The translations under genes were made by a program, and so were the position numbers. From Takakia lepidozioides (lineage: Eukaryota > Plantae > Bryophyta), in NCBI GenBank assembly GCA_030704615.1, contig CM060733.1, forward strand, positions 37,820,001 to 37,884,000: a stretch of 64,000 nucleotides of DNA, given 5' to 3'. A model generated the notes under the pieces. It was not told the DNA's origin and made no database searches. It saw only the letters and a program-made list of their open reading frames with translations. Positions 40,101 to 53,289 of the stretch are shown here, in pieces. The stretch's first letter is position 1. Each line of letters begins with the position of its first letter.

Positions 40101-43100
40101 CAGGAGACATGGGAAACTTCGGACAAACTGGTTGGAGATGTCATTGGTTATAAATGGATCGGTAAGATGTGCGCTCTTAGGGCAGCCTCTGGCAAAAGTG
40201 GTAAAAAAGGGGTTGGCTTCTTTCTCCGTGATTTCTTGTGTGTCAATTGTGAAATTATCAACAAGGGTTTGCGGTTTGAGCACAGTAATTGGCTAACACT
40301 GAAATTGAAGGGCAGCGTGAATACGAAGGACCTCTTTGTGGGTAGTGTTTACATGCCCACAGAGGGGACCTTGGTGCTGACACAGACAAAGCCTTCGAAG
40401 ACGTAAAGTTGGACTTGTTAAGTTCCTCGCCAAAGGTCAGGTGGTCTTATTGGGTGACTTCAATGCCTGGGTGGGCCAAGGTCTTCATCAGGATGATACC
40501 ATTGGGCCTTTTGGTGAGGACGAGCTGAATTCTAATGGTAGACGGTTAATAAACTGTCTGAAAGAACTTCAGCTTTTGACCTTGAATAGTAGGTCAAAAG
40601 GAGACCAAGTGCAGTGGACTCGTGAGAAAGCCCAAACTGGGGAACGTTCCATTGTGGATTATATCATAATGGACAAAAATTTGTTTCCCAAGAGTGCCAG
40701 TCTGTTGATGGACAGAACTGATATTGGTACCTCTGACCACTTCCTGGTTTGGACTGAGATCAAAAGGTGTTTTCCCAACACCAAGAGATCTGTGAAACGT
40801 TCGAATCGGAAGTGGCGCATAGCAAAATTCCAAAGTGAAGAGGTCAAGGCTGAGTATGTCCAGGCCTTGCAAGAGGCTCTCCCTCATTTTGTCCACTCGC
40901 TCCAAGACCTTCAGTCTCGCTCTGGCAATGCAAGAAATGAAGTCGAAAGAGCAGTGGATTCTTGGGAAAGTTTTGTCTCCTCTGTGGCTGACAAGATCAT
41001 TGAAAGGAAACTAATTGTCTGCGGTAGAGCTGTTAATTGGTGGACCAATGAGATTAAACTCAAGATAGCTGAGAGACGAGTCCTCTATAAAGAGTGCTGC
41101 AACTTGAATACCACAAAGATATCAATCAGCTTGTAAGGTCTCAGAAGAAATTATACTGGGACAAGCTGTGCAGTGAAATAAACTCAAACCACCATGGTGG
41201 TAATGACAAGAGATTCTGGTTGGCCCTTCAACGTTTGTACAAGCCGAAAAACTGCCAGCAAGTACAAGCGCTGAGGACTACTAAGGGTGCAGTGATGACT
41301 TCAACGGTTGACATTGTCAAAACCCACTACAGTATCCTTGGCAGATTTCTAGGTCTAACAGTGAGGGTCCTCTGAAGAATGGAAGGGCACAGTTGGAAAA
41401 ACTGTTCCTACGATTCAAGGCAGCAAAAATTTGGAGTATTTCAAAGGCTTACAACGCTCCCATTAGTTCTTCTAAGATTGTGGAAGCATTTGAGCATTTA
41501 AACAGATATAAAGCTGGTGGACCTGATGGCATACTCAATGAGCTTATCAAGCACGGTGGCGATCCCATGATAGAGGCCTTGTACTTCTCTTTAACTTATC
41601 TGGAGGACTGAAATGATCCCCTTTCACTGGCGACAGGGGGTCATTCTCAATCTATACAAGAAGGGTGACAGAGAAGAACCGGGGAACTACCGAGGCATCA
41701 CGCTCCTGAATGCAGTTGGCAAGATATTTTGCGGAGTTATAAGTACTCGTCTCGAGGTTGATCTGGAATCTAGAGGTTGTTTCCGCGAAGGCCAAGCTGG
41801 CTTTCGGCAAAACAGGGGCTGTGTGGATCAGATCTTCACTCTAAGCCAGATTATCCAGGGAAGGAAAAAGAAGGGAAACCCACTTTTGTATTTTTCTTGG
41901 ATGTCAAAAAGGCTTATGACAGTGTCAAGAGACAGTCTATGCCTCCGATTCTGGTCATCGGGGATCAAGGGAAAGATGTGGAGAGTTGTCCAGAACTTGT
42001 ATGCTCACACCAGAAGTTGTGTCACTATTATTGGACTGAAGTCTAATTTCTTTGACATAGTGTAGCTCAAGGATGTACCCTCTCCCCTCTGCTCTTCAGT
42101 GTTTTCACCAATCAACTCCTCGAGGATGTGGAAAGTGAGGGATTTGGGTTAAGGGTGGTTGATGCCACCATACCAGCCCTTATGTTTGCGGATGACTTTG
42201 CATGCATAGGGGAGACTCCATCCAATCTCCAGGAGTTGGTTGATCGCGCAAAGAGATACCTTTGGGGACTAGAGGCTAATGTCAGTAAATGCGCAGAGGT
42301 GGCACTCAACGACCAAGGGGAAGGAGGAGGCGATGGCAGTGGGGAAGCCAAGACATTCCGGTCCTCCCTTCCTACACATACCTTGGCGTTAAGTTCTCCT
42401 CCAACTGTAATTGGGATGCACATATTCAAAAAGTTGTTCTATCTGGCAAGCGCAAAGCGTTGGGGGTGCTTAAGGAGTGCATATCGGCATGCTCCAAAAC
42501 AGCCAATGTGGCTGTTCGGGGTGAGTTTGGCATCCCTCCTTTAAGCTCCCAACAAGATGAATTCAAGGTCAGATGGTGGGGAGGTAGAGATTGTACTCAT
42601 AAGACGTTGTTTGCCGTAGCCTTGTGGCCATTGACCCCACGCCCAGTTTGAGCGGGAACAAAAGGGACAGAACCTACCTCTGTCAGGGGCTGACATTGGT
42701 AGTAAGACTTACCTCCATATAAAGAATTAATCCGGGTTTTCCAGATATCCTCTAGAAATCCCTTCACACAAGCATCAATCTGCTGTGTGTGATTTGCCCA
42801 AAAACTAGGCCTCAGGAGGGCCTGGGCTTTTGGCTCAGCCTCGAGACTTTCAAAGTTGGTAAACAGGGGTACAGGCACAATTCCCTTAATAGATTTGAAG
42901 AGAGCGTCTCTTTGGTGAGAGAACCCCGGACAGTGTATCAGAAAATGAATACTGTCTTCAGATTGCCCACACAACGGGCAATTGCACTCTCCCTTTCCTC
43001 TCTGCTTCTGTTTGCTGTTCAAAGGTAGGCTTCCTGCCCCGAGTTTAAATTTCAGTCTAGTGCCGAGAGAGTGGGGAGGTAGAGAGTAGAAGAGATTCAC

Positions 43101-45444
43101 AAGGATCTGAATCTAAGTCTGCAATCCTGGGTACTCTAGCCAGAGAGACGTCCTCTTGAAATCCATCAAGGGAATTGTGCCTGTATCTCTATTTACCAAC
43201 TTTGAAAGTCTCAAGGCTGAGCCAAAAGCCCAGGCCCTTTTGGGGCCTAGTTATTGGGCAAACCACACACAGCAGATTGATGTGTAAAGGGATTTCTAGA
43301 GGATATCTGGAAAACTCGGATCAATTGTCTGTCCCAAGGTAAGTCATACTACCAGTGTCAGCCCTTGAAAAAGTAGGTTCTGTCCCTTTGTGTTCCGCTC
43401 AAACTGAGCGCGGGGGTCAATGGCCACAAGGCTACGGCAAACAAAGTCTTAAGAGTGCATTATTCCACATATTTACAACTGTCTGTCAATCTTCCTTTCT
43501 CTGTTGTTCTATTTGATTCCCTTGGGTCCTACCTGCATGACGTCTGTAACCTTTCAATGTGGTTTTCTTGTTGTTCTAATTCGTCCCCAGGACATTATAA
43601 GTATCGTCTTTCAATCTCCACTCTCCCTCTCTCAATAGTGAAATTTGGGGATAAGTATACTTCTGTAAAATGGCAGCATGCTCTGGCCGGCTTTGTCAGA
43701 GAACCAGATAACAATCAACATGTAGCCAGTTGTGGGGATTTTCAGGAGAGATGAGGATGAGGAGCAGGAGGGAGAACATATTGACAGTCAATAGCGCACC
43801 TGCTAGCAGGATCCTCTAATTGTTTCTTGCATTCCTCGGGAAGCCCAGCAATTCTGACAAACCACTGCTCAAAGTTAGCCGCACACCTCTAAATACCCAG
43901 CAGCTAACTCCTCAACTGACCTACACCAAATATCAGTCCAATTGCTAGATTGATGGAAAGTCTCCTTCATTTTCCACAGAAAGACCCACACATTATCACT
44001 TAGGAAGACTACAATAAACAAAGAAACGCCCTTTGACTGAATTTGCCAGTACAAGCTCAAAGGAAAGAATGTACTTATAAGACGTTGTGTGCCGTAGCCT
44101 TGTGGCCACTGGCCCCACGCCCAGTTTGAGCGGAACACAAAGGGACAGAAACTAGCTTTGTCAGGGGCTGACACCGGTAGTATGTCTTACCTTGAAACAT
44201 GCAATAGATCCGAGTTTTGCAGATATCCTCTAGAAAGCCCTTCACACAAACATCAATCTACTGTATGTGATTTGCCCGATAACGTGGTAATTTGATTTGT
44301 TCAAAGGAAAGAGAGAAAGGGGAAGTGAGGAAGACCAATACTGCTTGGTATTCTCACCTTGATGCAAGAGGCAAAAGCTTCTGGCGCAATTCCAGGTACT
44401 CAGGTACCTACTACCCCCAAAAAACATGCATCCAGCTTCCTGTCAGGAAATCCAACCCTGACATTAAAGTGTGGGTGTGCAGCTGCGGTGTGTAAATACT
44501 CTTAACTCAATGTCACTTTGCATGCTTTGGTATGTACCAACCCTGCTTCTTTCTTGGGAGATGTTTCGAAATCTGCGTCAGAGACAGTCCATATTGGATA
44601 AATGGGCTGGTGGGGGGAGAAGAGAGAGGCTAAGCCAGAATCCTAGACCCTCAACCCACTAATGCAGCCCAAACCGTCAGCAGATTCTACAGATTAAGCA
44701 GATTCTGTATAGTTTGGGCATGACAGGTGAGAGGTCTCAATATCCGCTTCAAAGTCTTAGGGTTAATCCATTCCTGAAGATGGGGTCAAAAGGCTGTAGG
44801 GAGGGGTTCGTCTCTGTGGCCGTTCATGGTCTCGTTCAAAATGGAAGGGTACCTGCAAGATCCTTGGCAACTGAGTGCATTTATTTTTATTGCACAGAGG
44901 ATAGCTTGTGTTGGAGGTGTTGGTAGAAGCTCTACCTCTGTATAGAAATTGTCTGTAGTTCTACCAGCAATCAAAGAGGAGCGGAGCTTAGAAATGTTCA
45001 TGAAGGTCACATCTTCTTGCCACCATGGCAGTGTGACTACCGGGATACTTCAGACACAAGTTTCTGAAATACGTGCCCAATTGAGCGCTGCTGTCTATGC
45101 GCCAGAACCTTTTCCGTAAGGATTTTTTTATGCTTATACTGTAAGTAAAATAAAAGAAGGAAGACTGGCCATACTCCTGAAATAGCGATAATGCCGAGTG
45201 AATCGGTACCAAATCCTGCCTCGAGCTCAGCTGACAAATCCCTGTTCTTATCCTGCACACAAACAATCCAACCAACAAGTCAGCCAACACACTACCTCTA
45301 CCGGAGCGTTGGCCTGCAAACACACGCGCTTCATTTCATGCGGGTACAAAGAACAATGCTAACAAACGTCAAATCATCAAATACCAAGATCTCAGGATAC
45401 GAGATGGTGATGACACGGCCTGTGGCGGATATTTGGTCGGCCAT
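34123..45444 (-). CDS. 2-oxoglutarate/Fe(II)-dependent oxygenase-like protein, about 15 exons, with a ~4.8-kb LINE-filled intron
   Basis: Exons MADQISATGRVITISYPEIL; DLSAELEAGFG..LGIIAISG; VPEYLELRQKLL; GLPEECKKQLEDP; YSFGWSHGKERLESG; KGSFYANP; YPSYC..LWP; AFKELG; CHKGRLLHYFP; WCGWHFDHGSLT; AGLYIRDR; IAYQMGE..ATLHCV; RSTFALFMQP; DEPL; NFGDFSEKRLSRYY. HxD..H facial triad present. Confidence 0.88.
39096..43459 (+). mobile_element. Near-full-length decayed non-LTR retrotransposon (APE endonuclease + RT; RTE-X-like), antisense within the oxygenase intron
   Basis: EN motifs GTFN, GQETW, GVGF, VYMP, LLGDFNA, IVDYII, SDH. RT motifs KAGGPDGI, GNYRGITLL, QAGFR, FLDVKKAYDSV, QGC.LSP.LF, FADD, YTYLGV. 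Family 3' tail at ~43360-43459. Many frameshifts. Clade assignment is inference. Confidence 0.9.
42591..43070 (-). mobile_element. Younger 5'-truncated copy of the same LINE inserted antisense into the long copy
   Basis: Exact 15-bp TSD gtggggaggtagaga at 42576-42590 and 43071-43085. Open CCHC-domain frame and complete tail. Confidence 0.92.
44069..44300 (-). mobile_element. Short 5'-truncated copy of the RTE-X-like LINE
   Basis: Family tail plus exact 12-bp TSD tcaaaggaaaga (44057-44068 / 44301-44312). Confidence 0.88.
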
Positions 45445-45859
45445 ATCTGTTTGAGCGCAGATCCAATTGCAGGATCAATCTCCAACAATTAAAGCCTGCA
45501 TCCACTAAAACCCTAGAACCCCCAGAGCCCCCTTCATCTTCACTATCCTGGAAATCCGAGACACTCTACTATCTGACCTAATTGTTTCTGCTTCATGGGT
45601 GTCAAAATGGCTAAGCCCCTGTTGTGCCTTCTTCCCCAGGTCACTTCCTCTCCTTTGCTCAAAACTGCTTCCTAATTTGCCTAAGTTCCAACCCTAGGTA
45701 ACATCTCTCTTATTGAACATTATTCCTTCAACATGTGCCTTCAGACCGTCCATTGGGCCCTCCATGGCCTACGTTGAGCAGTAGGCTCTGTAAATTCACT
45801 GGACGTTAAAGAATCTTTATCTTATCTTTATCTTATTGAAGAATTTATGAATTTTTTTT

Positions 45860-47690
45860 AAGGTTATTAATTATTGGCATATTGACGGTGGCGGTAATTT
45901 GTATCGGAGTCTTCTTCCTCGACAGGAGAGAGGCGGGTGCTCATAGAACTACCAACCCTGCGGGAGGGTGTCATTCCACCTGACGGTGGAATCCGAGATT
46001 CTCCTGCACAGTCGACCACCTTTTGCCCAGGTGGTATCAAAGCAGAGAGTAGTTGTTCTCTTCTAGCTTGAGAGCATCTTGAAAGAGCTGCACACACAAC
46101 ACCCCATGCTTTTCTTGCCTCAGACATCATGTCTGAGTGAACCCCAAACAAAACAACCTTGGCACAGCTTTGTTTACCTTCATAGTACCAGGTACGTCTA
46201 TTTCTCCATATATTCCAAAGGGTGTGTGCCCCCTCAGAACCGCCCAGACTGGGCATGTGCTTACGACCCCTGTATCACTTGCATTTAGCAGCAGAGCAGC
46301 AGGATGGGCATAGGGAGGCTTGTTCCAGAAAGAAAAAAAGGAAAACACCTTTCTCCAGACATGGACAGGGACATCGCAAGACAACAAGCAGTTCTCGACA
46401 GTTTCCGGAGATAGAGATAAGCAAGCAGTATAAGCATTGTTAATATCTGAAATGACAGCTGAGACAGGCAAGATCCCGTTGGCGATCTTCCAAAGGAACC
46501 CCGCAATTTTCGCTGCTCTAACCTTCCTCCAGACATCAGTCCATATGGACATCCATGGCAGCACATGGCTGGTTATAGGTAGCCACTTTGCATCCCACTT
46601 ATAATTCATCATAATTGGAGGCTTCATGAGCGCATAGCCCATTTAAACCGAGAATCGGAAGAATGGGTCATGCTTCTTGGTCATCCACGACCACTCACTA
46701 GGGTCAAATTGGAGTTGTTGAATGGGTGCCTGTAGAAACCATCTGTACGAACCAGAGTATTGTGCAATCGCAACTGGGGGTGTCGGGCTGATTTCCCCCG
46801 AGACCAGACAGAAAACTCTTATAGCACACAAGGAGTTCTCTAGGAGGAAGCCCGTCCTGGCTCTGACAGGTTACCCGTAGAATCAGAAGTGAACCTCCAT
46901 CCCGAGATGGAGTCCCCTGACCTACTAGTGGCATAAAAACCGAATGGTGATTGCCCCAACGAACCTCCAAGTCAAACTGGGAGCGATAACCTATTGACTG
47001 GATGAGAGCAAAGAGAAACCCAGGAATCGGGTATGCTACCAGAGATAGTGCTCAGAGTAGCCACTCTTCTACTTGAAAGGGCTGGTATGAATTCAGGAGA
47101 GCAGAAGTAGCCATTTCCCAAAAGTGAGAGAAATGGGAGAAGCCCGCGGAATCCCAGGCTGCCCATGTCTTGGAGTTCTTAATCAAGAGATGTGAGTCCG
47201 CATTGTAGTTCAGAAAAACAGACTGTCTAAGAGCCTCATCCATCGACGATGGTGTTTTTTGATACAGGAATGGCCGGATTTTGGTCCAGGCACTCCCTGA
47301 GGAACCCACTTGACTAAAAGTGAGGTGATCTGGGTTGCTGGGTCTAAGATTCCCAGACCCCCAAACTTTTTTGGCTGAGTTTGTGAGTACATTTTGTAGG
47401 TGTCGCAATCAACGGCCAAGCTCTTGTATGCCCTGCTCTGCTCCTGTTGTGCTGAATGTTGGTGAAGTGAAGCTGTGGTTCCGATATGGTAGATGTGTTG
47501 TGCAAGTCCAGCAACCATCCACGAAGCTTTCGATTGCAGGCCGCCTGTCCATAAGCCATCCAAAGAACTGGAGTAAGAAGCGCATAACACTACGGTGTAT
47601 TGAGGAAGGAGGCCTGGCTTGCAAGCAGAGGCCAGAGCCCATGCAAGAAGAAAATTTATTGGCGACCAGCAGATGCTGCACATTGTGGAG
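45860..47690 (-). mobile_element. Decayed L1/Tx1-type LINE 3' portion (post-RT and zf-RVT)
   Basis: PKKFGGLGILDP, FLWKIANGILPV, C..ETVENCLLSC..VW and LWNIWRNR motifs across broken frames. Confidence 0.8.
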
Positions 47691-47895
47691 GAGATAGGTG
47701 CAGCAGGTGTCTTCTTCCCTGGGACGACGGGAGTTACAACTGGGCTGCGGGTGAGGGAGAGATGAGAGATTCTGGGTTGCACTGCGATTTGAAGCGGGTT
47801 GGGGGAGAGAGGAGGGAGATGAAACGGGGTGGGACAGTAGGAGGAGTGAGGGGAAAAGTGCAGTGGTGGAGGCGGGGGTTGCACTTTGCTAGCAT

Positions 47896-48378
47896 GTGCA
47901 GCAGCAGGGGTTGCAGGGGCATATGTTCTCGGACATAACCTTAAATTTTATGGGGAAGGACTATCCGCTCTATCGGATTATACTTTTGCAGTCTTCGTAC
48001 TTCCATTTACTTCTCTCAGGCCCCTGGACAGAGTACAGAAAGCTGCAAATCGAACTGCAGATTGATGACCCTTCTGTGAGCGCGGAGGGGCTGGAGATTG
48101 CCTTCTCCTACATGTATGGTATGAGCCCAGTTTTCACTGGAGATAATGTGATGGCAGCACTGGTCGCAGGGTGTTTTTGTTGGATGGAGTTCTGTGACAA
48201 GTGTGTGCAGTGCATTGTAGCCAACTTGAGGGTGGACACTGTTGTTGCTTACCAGCAGCTGTCCGAGCGGCATTGCAATGGCTGGTTTGCCGACCTGATA
48301 AGAAATGCTTGTTGGACATTTATTTGCCCACATGCATCGCGTGAGGTCGTTCATCTCCTTCCAAAGCTTTCTTTGCAG
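47896..48378 (+). pseudogene. BTB/POZ(-BACK) gene fragment, germ-cell-less-like
   Basis: FSDITLNFMGKDYPLYRIILLQSSYF..LLSGPW..LQIDDP.VS.EGLEIAFSYMYG. Upstream side abuts a LINE and no downstream exons were recognised. Confidence 0.65.
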
Positions 48379-50431
48379 GTGCTTCCCACCACTCCACTTC
48401 CCTCTTTACACCCCGCCATTCCACCTGATTTAGTAATCTCATCAGCCCCAAGTGTGGCATTCAATATGGTTGGGGCAATCTGTGGGTGTGCGTATGCATA
48501 GCCCTATCCAGGAAGGTCTTTCCATTGCAGTGAGGGTCAAGTAATTTAGGGGTTGTATGTGTTGCTCTTGCACATGACTCTGAGTCTGTCATTCAAAATT
48601 CTCGGGTGATGTTGAATCTGAGAAGGGAAGAGGTGAACAAGCCTGAGACTCATGACGTGTTCATCTGGAGAGGTATAATTCACACTGTGCCTTCTAAACT
48701 TGGCGAATATGAGGATTCGTTGGGTGCATATTGTCGGTTGGTCTTAATTACATCAATTGTGCCTGGAAGTGACATGGAATCTACTGGGGTTATGGAGGAG
48801 AATTCTAACGTGCTTGGGACTTGGATGGCACTTACTTCGGGAACCCATGTATGTCCAGATCTCACCCGGATAATCATCGCTACTGAAGTCTTGAGTGGAG
48901 AATCATTTTGTCTGAGCTATAGTGATGTGTGCAGATATGTGTCAGTACAGTATCTGCAAAATAAAAAATTCTTAGGTCATGGGATATGAAATCCCAGACG
49001 TAATTTCCATGTGGATGAAACAGTTATGTTCTGGAAATAGATTGTCAGGCAGCACTTTTAATGAGGGAATTGTATGATCATACTCTGAAGTGTGAGATAA
49101 GTCAAAAATTTCTGAGGTGATGATGATCTGAGACATCAAGAATTGTAGCTACAGCAACCAGTCAACGAATTTGCAGATTACTTCATTACCTACACAGGCA
49201 ATGGTTTGTCTCTCCCTCTTAGTCATCATGGGTGCCACCTGTGAGAGAGATGATTAGTCACAACCCTTGTTACTTCCAGCTAGTGAAGCTGGTTTGGCAC
49301 CTTACTAGGTGGACAACGCGTACAGAGACCACATGATAAAAGGTTCATTGGCAGGGTTTTATCGGTTGGGGGTTGGATTTACCAGACAGACAGGTAGGTA
49401 CTAAGAGGGACTGAATAATGCTGTTGTGTGGCTGATCTAGCTCGTTTGGGGAAATAGTCCTTGTGTAGGTGTTATGCAGGCTGTTGAAATCAGATGAACT
49501 GTGGGTTCTCAGTGAATCAGAGTGCAGACTGGAAGTTGGCACGTGTGAAACCCACTGATTTTGTTTCGAAGGCTATGGCAGCAGTGGTTTAATGAACGTC
49601 ATACTCTGCACGATCGATGCTCTCTAGTATGAATAATACTCCTTTCCCTTCGAACCTGCTTGCTGGCTGTGGTATATCAGTGGGCTCAACCCCCCCAACC
49701 AGGTGTGTCATATCAAACGTTCGCAGGAACGATGGAGATACACAAGGTCATAGCAAGGAGATGTGAAAACAGGACATCGACATTGGGGTTGAATAAATGA
49801 ACAGAAGAAAAGACAGGCAGTGAACAAGTGACACACACAAACGCTGCTGAATAGATGAAGATCAGGGATTGTGAAAGTACATAAAGATCAGGGAGCTGCA
49901 ATTAGCACTCGAGAAACTCAACTACCAACACCTAATCACCATTGAAGCAACGAAGCAACCTATATCCAGACAAAGCAAACGACACTGGTAACGGTAAGAG
50001 TAGAGAGACAATGGCATACGATTGACCAGCCAAAACCAAAGAGAGAGAACGCTGACAGGGGCCTATGAATGGCAGTATCGAATTTGACCTCGGCTTCAGA
50101 CTTGAGCTACCGAGTCTTCTTGTTCTGGAAATTTTCCTTTGCCATCCAGCATTCCTCATGATCCCTGCCAAGACAACACTGATGTCTCAGTTTGTTCTTC
50201 ACAACATGAGCCCGTGTTTTTGTGAAAAGAGAGACAAAGAAACAGTTCTCGAAACAGTCTTACAATGAAAACTTCTCGAGAACATGTTCCCATGAATGGA
50301 ACAGAGAAACGGAAAGGAGGAAAGGGAAGTGGCAAGAAAGGGTCAACAAACTTGTCTGTGTTCTCGAGAGCCTGCAATCGAAGGCGAGGAGGTCTTTGTT
50401 AGTGTGCTTGTTCTGAGCAAGGCAGCCGAAG

Positions 50432-50710
50432 ATGGCGATCTCGTCGCTGAGAGGGCTTGCCAGCATGAAGCTGAAGGATGTACCCAGCTTTGTGAAGTCG
50501 AGTGTGACGAGGGAGAATGTGTCCCAGAAGACCCGGGGCTTTCTGTACAATTATTACGAGAAGTACATCAAGACCGGCAGCGTCAGGCCCCTGAACGATG
50601 CGATGATCTCCCTCTTCCTTCTCTCTTACGCCGTTGGCTGGCCCACGGAGATTCGGCACCTGCGCCATGCTGAGGAGGAGGCCAAACATGGTGGCAAAGG
50701 ACACCACTGA
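50432..50710 (+). CDS. Mitochondrial ATP synthase subunit f (plant type), 92 aa
   Basis: MKLKDVPSFVK..NYYEKYIKTGSVRPL..SYAVGWPTEIRHL.H with His/Gly-rich tail matches the plant subunit f pattern. Confidence 0.85.
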   Translation: MAISSLRGLASMKLKDVPSFVKSSVTRENVSQKTRGFLYNYYEKYIKTGSVRPLNDAMISLFLLSYAVGWPTEIRHLRHAEEEAKHGGKGHH

Positions 50711-51990
50711 TATGCGATTTGGTCTTTGCGGTTCTTCTTTCTTAGTCCTTCCAATATTCTTCTAAGGTTTCGTAGCATGGGTTATCTGGATTGGAGGGTC
50801 CCGATTGATAGGGAGAGGACTCAAGGAGAGCTCCCATTGCTCTCTGCTGGAGTGATGATATAGTTCAAGTCTAAACTCCTCCTTGAATAAAATTTGCTTG
50901 TATTACCAACAACCCAAGTCAGACTCTGTTTTGTATGGACGCTTTTTGGGGCGAAGCAAATGGTAGAACTGTGATCGTGACAAAAAGCTGTAAGCATACC
51001 TGATGTAATGAAAATTTCTGGTGCTGTAAAACCCTTGTATAGCACCGATGCTCACTCAAATCGAGGCCGGGTAGTTTGAGCTACAATGCTTTGCAATCTG
51101 GTGTTTAGTGACATTGATGATGTTTGGTAGCATCCTTGGGTGGACTACTGGGCTCATGGGAAGGGCAGTGCCATCCTCAGGGGGTTCCTAAAGATGCAAA
51201 TTGGTTTCTGGGAAGGCAAATTTTCTCTGCAGTTGACTACATTGATGAATGTTTACACTCCCGGAGGATCACAAAAGTCTCAATCTCTATCCTTGTAGAA
51301 ATATGTGACAGCTATGAATGCAAAGAGAACAAATTCTTATCAAACTCCATCACATGTGATTGGAATCAAATAAACTTGAAGCCCCCCATCCACAGGAAAG
51401 CCTCATTGCCCATTTTTCCACAATTGAGCTCTGGGTAGCTATTACAGTGTTGTATAGGTTCTAATGGTATGGCTCTATTAAGAAAAACCCAATAGAAAGG
51501 CGGTCACAGATTCAAGACCTCAGGGAATATTAGCAAAGAAATGCAAAACGCACACAACATTAAACGACAACACTCTAGGAATCAGGCCCTAATTTCATGG
51601 AGTCAAACAGAGAGAAGTTTGCCTCCAAAAGGTTACTAGAGATCTGAGTAGTACTTGTTATGGAGACACCCCCGCTCCGCAAGAAGAATCTGGTAACAGA
51701 ACCCAGAACATGGTGCTTGAAAAACATGCCACAAAACTTGTGCTCATGCAGACTTGCTTGGTTGGTCTACTGGCACAGGTGGTAAAAACCTAAAGAGTTC
51801 CTTGGCACCAGATTCCAACCAGCAGAGGCCCCATGCTTCCAGTAGGTGTCACTAAGGGACAAGTTCCCCTGAGATTTGTCTTGTCCGGTAGTCCTCCTCC
51901 TCCTTCTGCCTCTCATTTACTTGTTCTTTTACTCTTAGCAACATTGCCTCCACAGGATCCAAGGGAAAGACTCACATATCGAAGGTGCCA

Positions 51991-53289
51991 GTGGCACCAT
52001 TGAAGGCTGTGGCAGTGCTGACAGGGACTGCTGGAATCAGTGGGGTTGTAACTTTCTCACAGGATGGCATGCAAGGTTAATATCATATCTTGGTTTTTGT
52101 CTCCCAGTATGTCTGCAGCTAGAGCTTTAATTGTGTCGGGGAATCGACAGTTTTAATAGTCATTGTCTGATCATGTTCAAGTTCTGTCTATTACAGAGTA
52201 ATCCAATGTTCCTTTCTCCAAGATAAGTATGCCATTGAGAACAAGTGATCTTTCTCAAGTTTTAGTGAGACAAGACCACTTTGATCAATGGTGACAATAT
52301 GTGATAGAGGTGCCCAGAATCAAGTTGTTGGATGTACTGGCCACTTCATGCTGTATTCTATTGTTTCAAAACTTTAGATCCAATCCATGGATGGTTACAT
52401 ATGTAGTTGAAATCTGTTCTAGGTGCTTTACAAATTGGGAAGAAATCCAATGAGACTGTTGCTGCAGGTGAACAAGAGTGAGTGCAATTTTTTATTGCTG
52501 AATTTTTTGAGGCAAGGCAACCATGGCTTCCACATCCATGCTCTTGGCGGTACCACCAATGGCTGTCTTTCCACTGGTATGAATCCCATTAGTTTTCCTT
52601 GCATTTTCACGGTTAGTTGCTGCTCCCTGTCAATGAGTCAGGCATCACAATAGAAATGCATCGTAGGTAGGTTTAAAAGTCATGTGAGTGATGTGAATAG
52701 TTCCAGGGTCTACGTGTGTGGCACCAGGTGCACACTTCAATCCCAATCATCATGAGCATGGGGGTCCCAAGGATGCAATCCGTCATGCTGGAGACCTTGG
52801 CAACGCTATTGTGGAGATGATGGTGAGATCTCCCCTCGTCCTCTCTCATCTTTCTCCTTAAAACAGAAAATATCCTTTTTCGTCAACATTTTGAAGGTCC
52901 TTTCTTTTATCCTCTGTCCTCAACACTGATGGCAGTGCAGCCACATGCCTCACACCTTTAAGCTAGGCAAGTAGAGGCAGAGTGCTTAGATCAACCTCTT
53001 CTACTTCAGACTTCCGAGCCAAGCAGCTCCTGGCACTGTCTCATGCCTGTGGTATGATCCTCCAATCGATGCTACTTCATTTGTTCTTGAGAAAGTGTTG
53101 ATGACTAGAAAGATCTTTGTTGCACAGATATCCCAATACCCCTTCCTGTTTTTTGTGAGTAGCCCTGCAGTTTAGTCTGTTTGATTTAGCTTTCGTAGAT
53201 GAACGATTTATGGTCGTTGTTCACCAGCCTGGTTGTGAGATTGTGGAAGTGGGGCAGGTGTTGCCAACATGTGTGTGAAGGACTCACAG
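51991..53289 (+). pseudogene. Cu/Zn superoxide dismutase pseudogene
   Basis: (GTG)[61 protein letters not shown] exons. Start codon is GTG, there is a 1-nt deletion after GDLGNAIV, and the 3' exons were not found. Confidence 0.82.

Noticed and set aside
42591-43459. Twin-priming inversion as the cause of the inverted LINE 3' ends
   Set aside because: The exact 15-bp TSD and duplicated complete tails indicate a second independent insertion.
48990-49140. Several TGATGA/CTGA words suggesting C/D snoRNAs
   Set aside because: No convincing terminal stem or rRNA-antisense element could be identified by eye.
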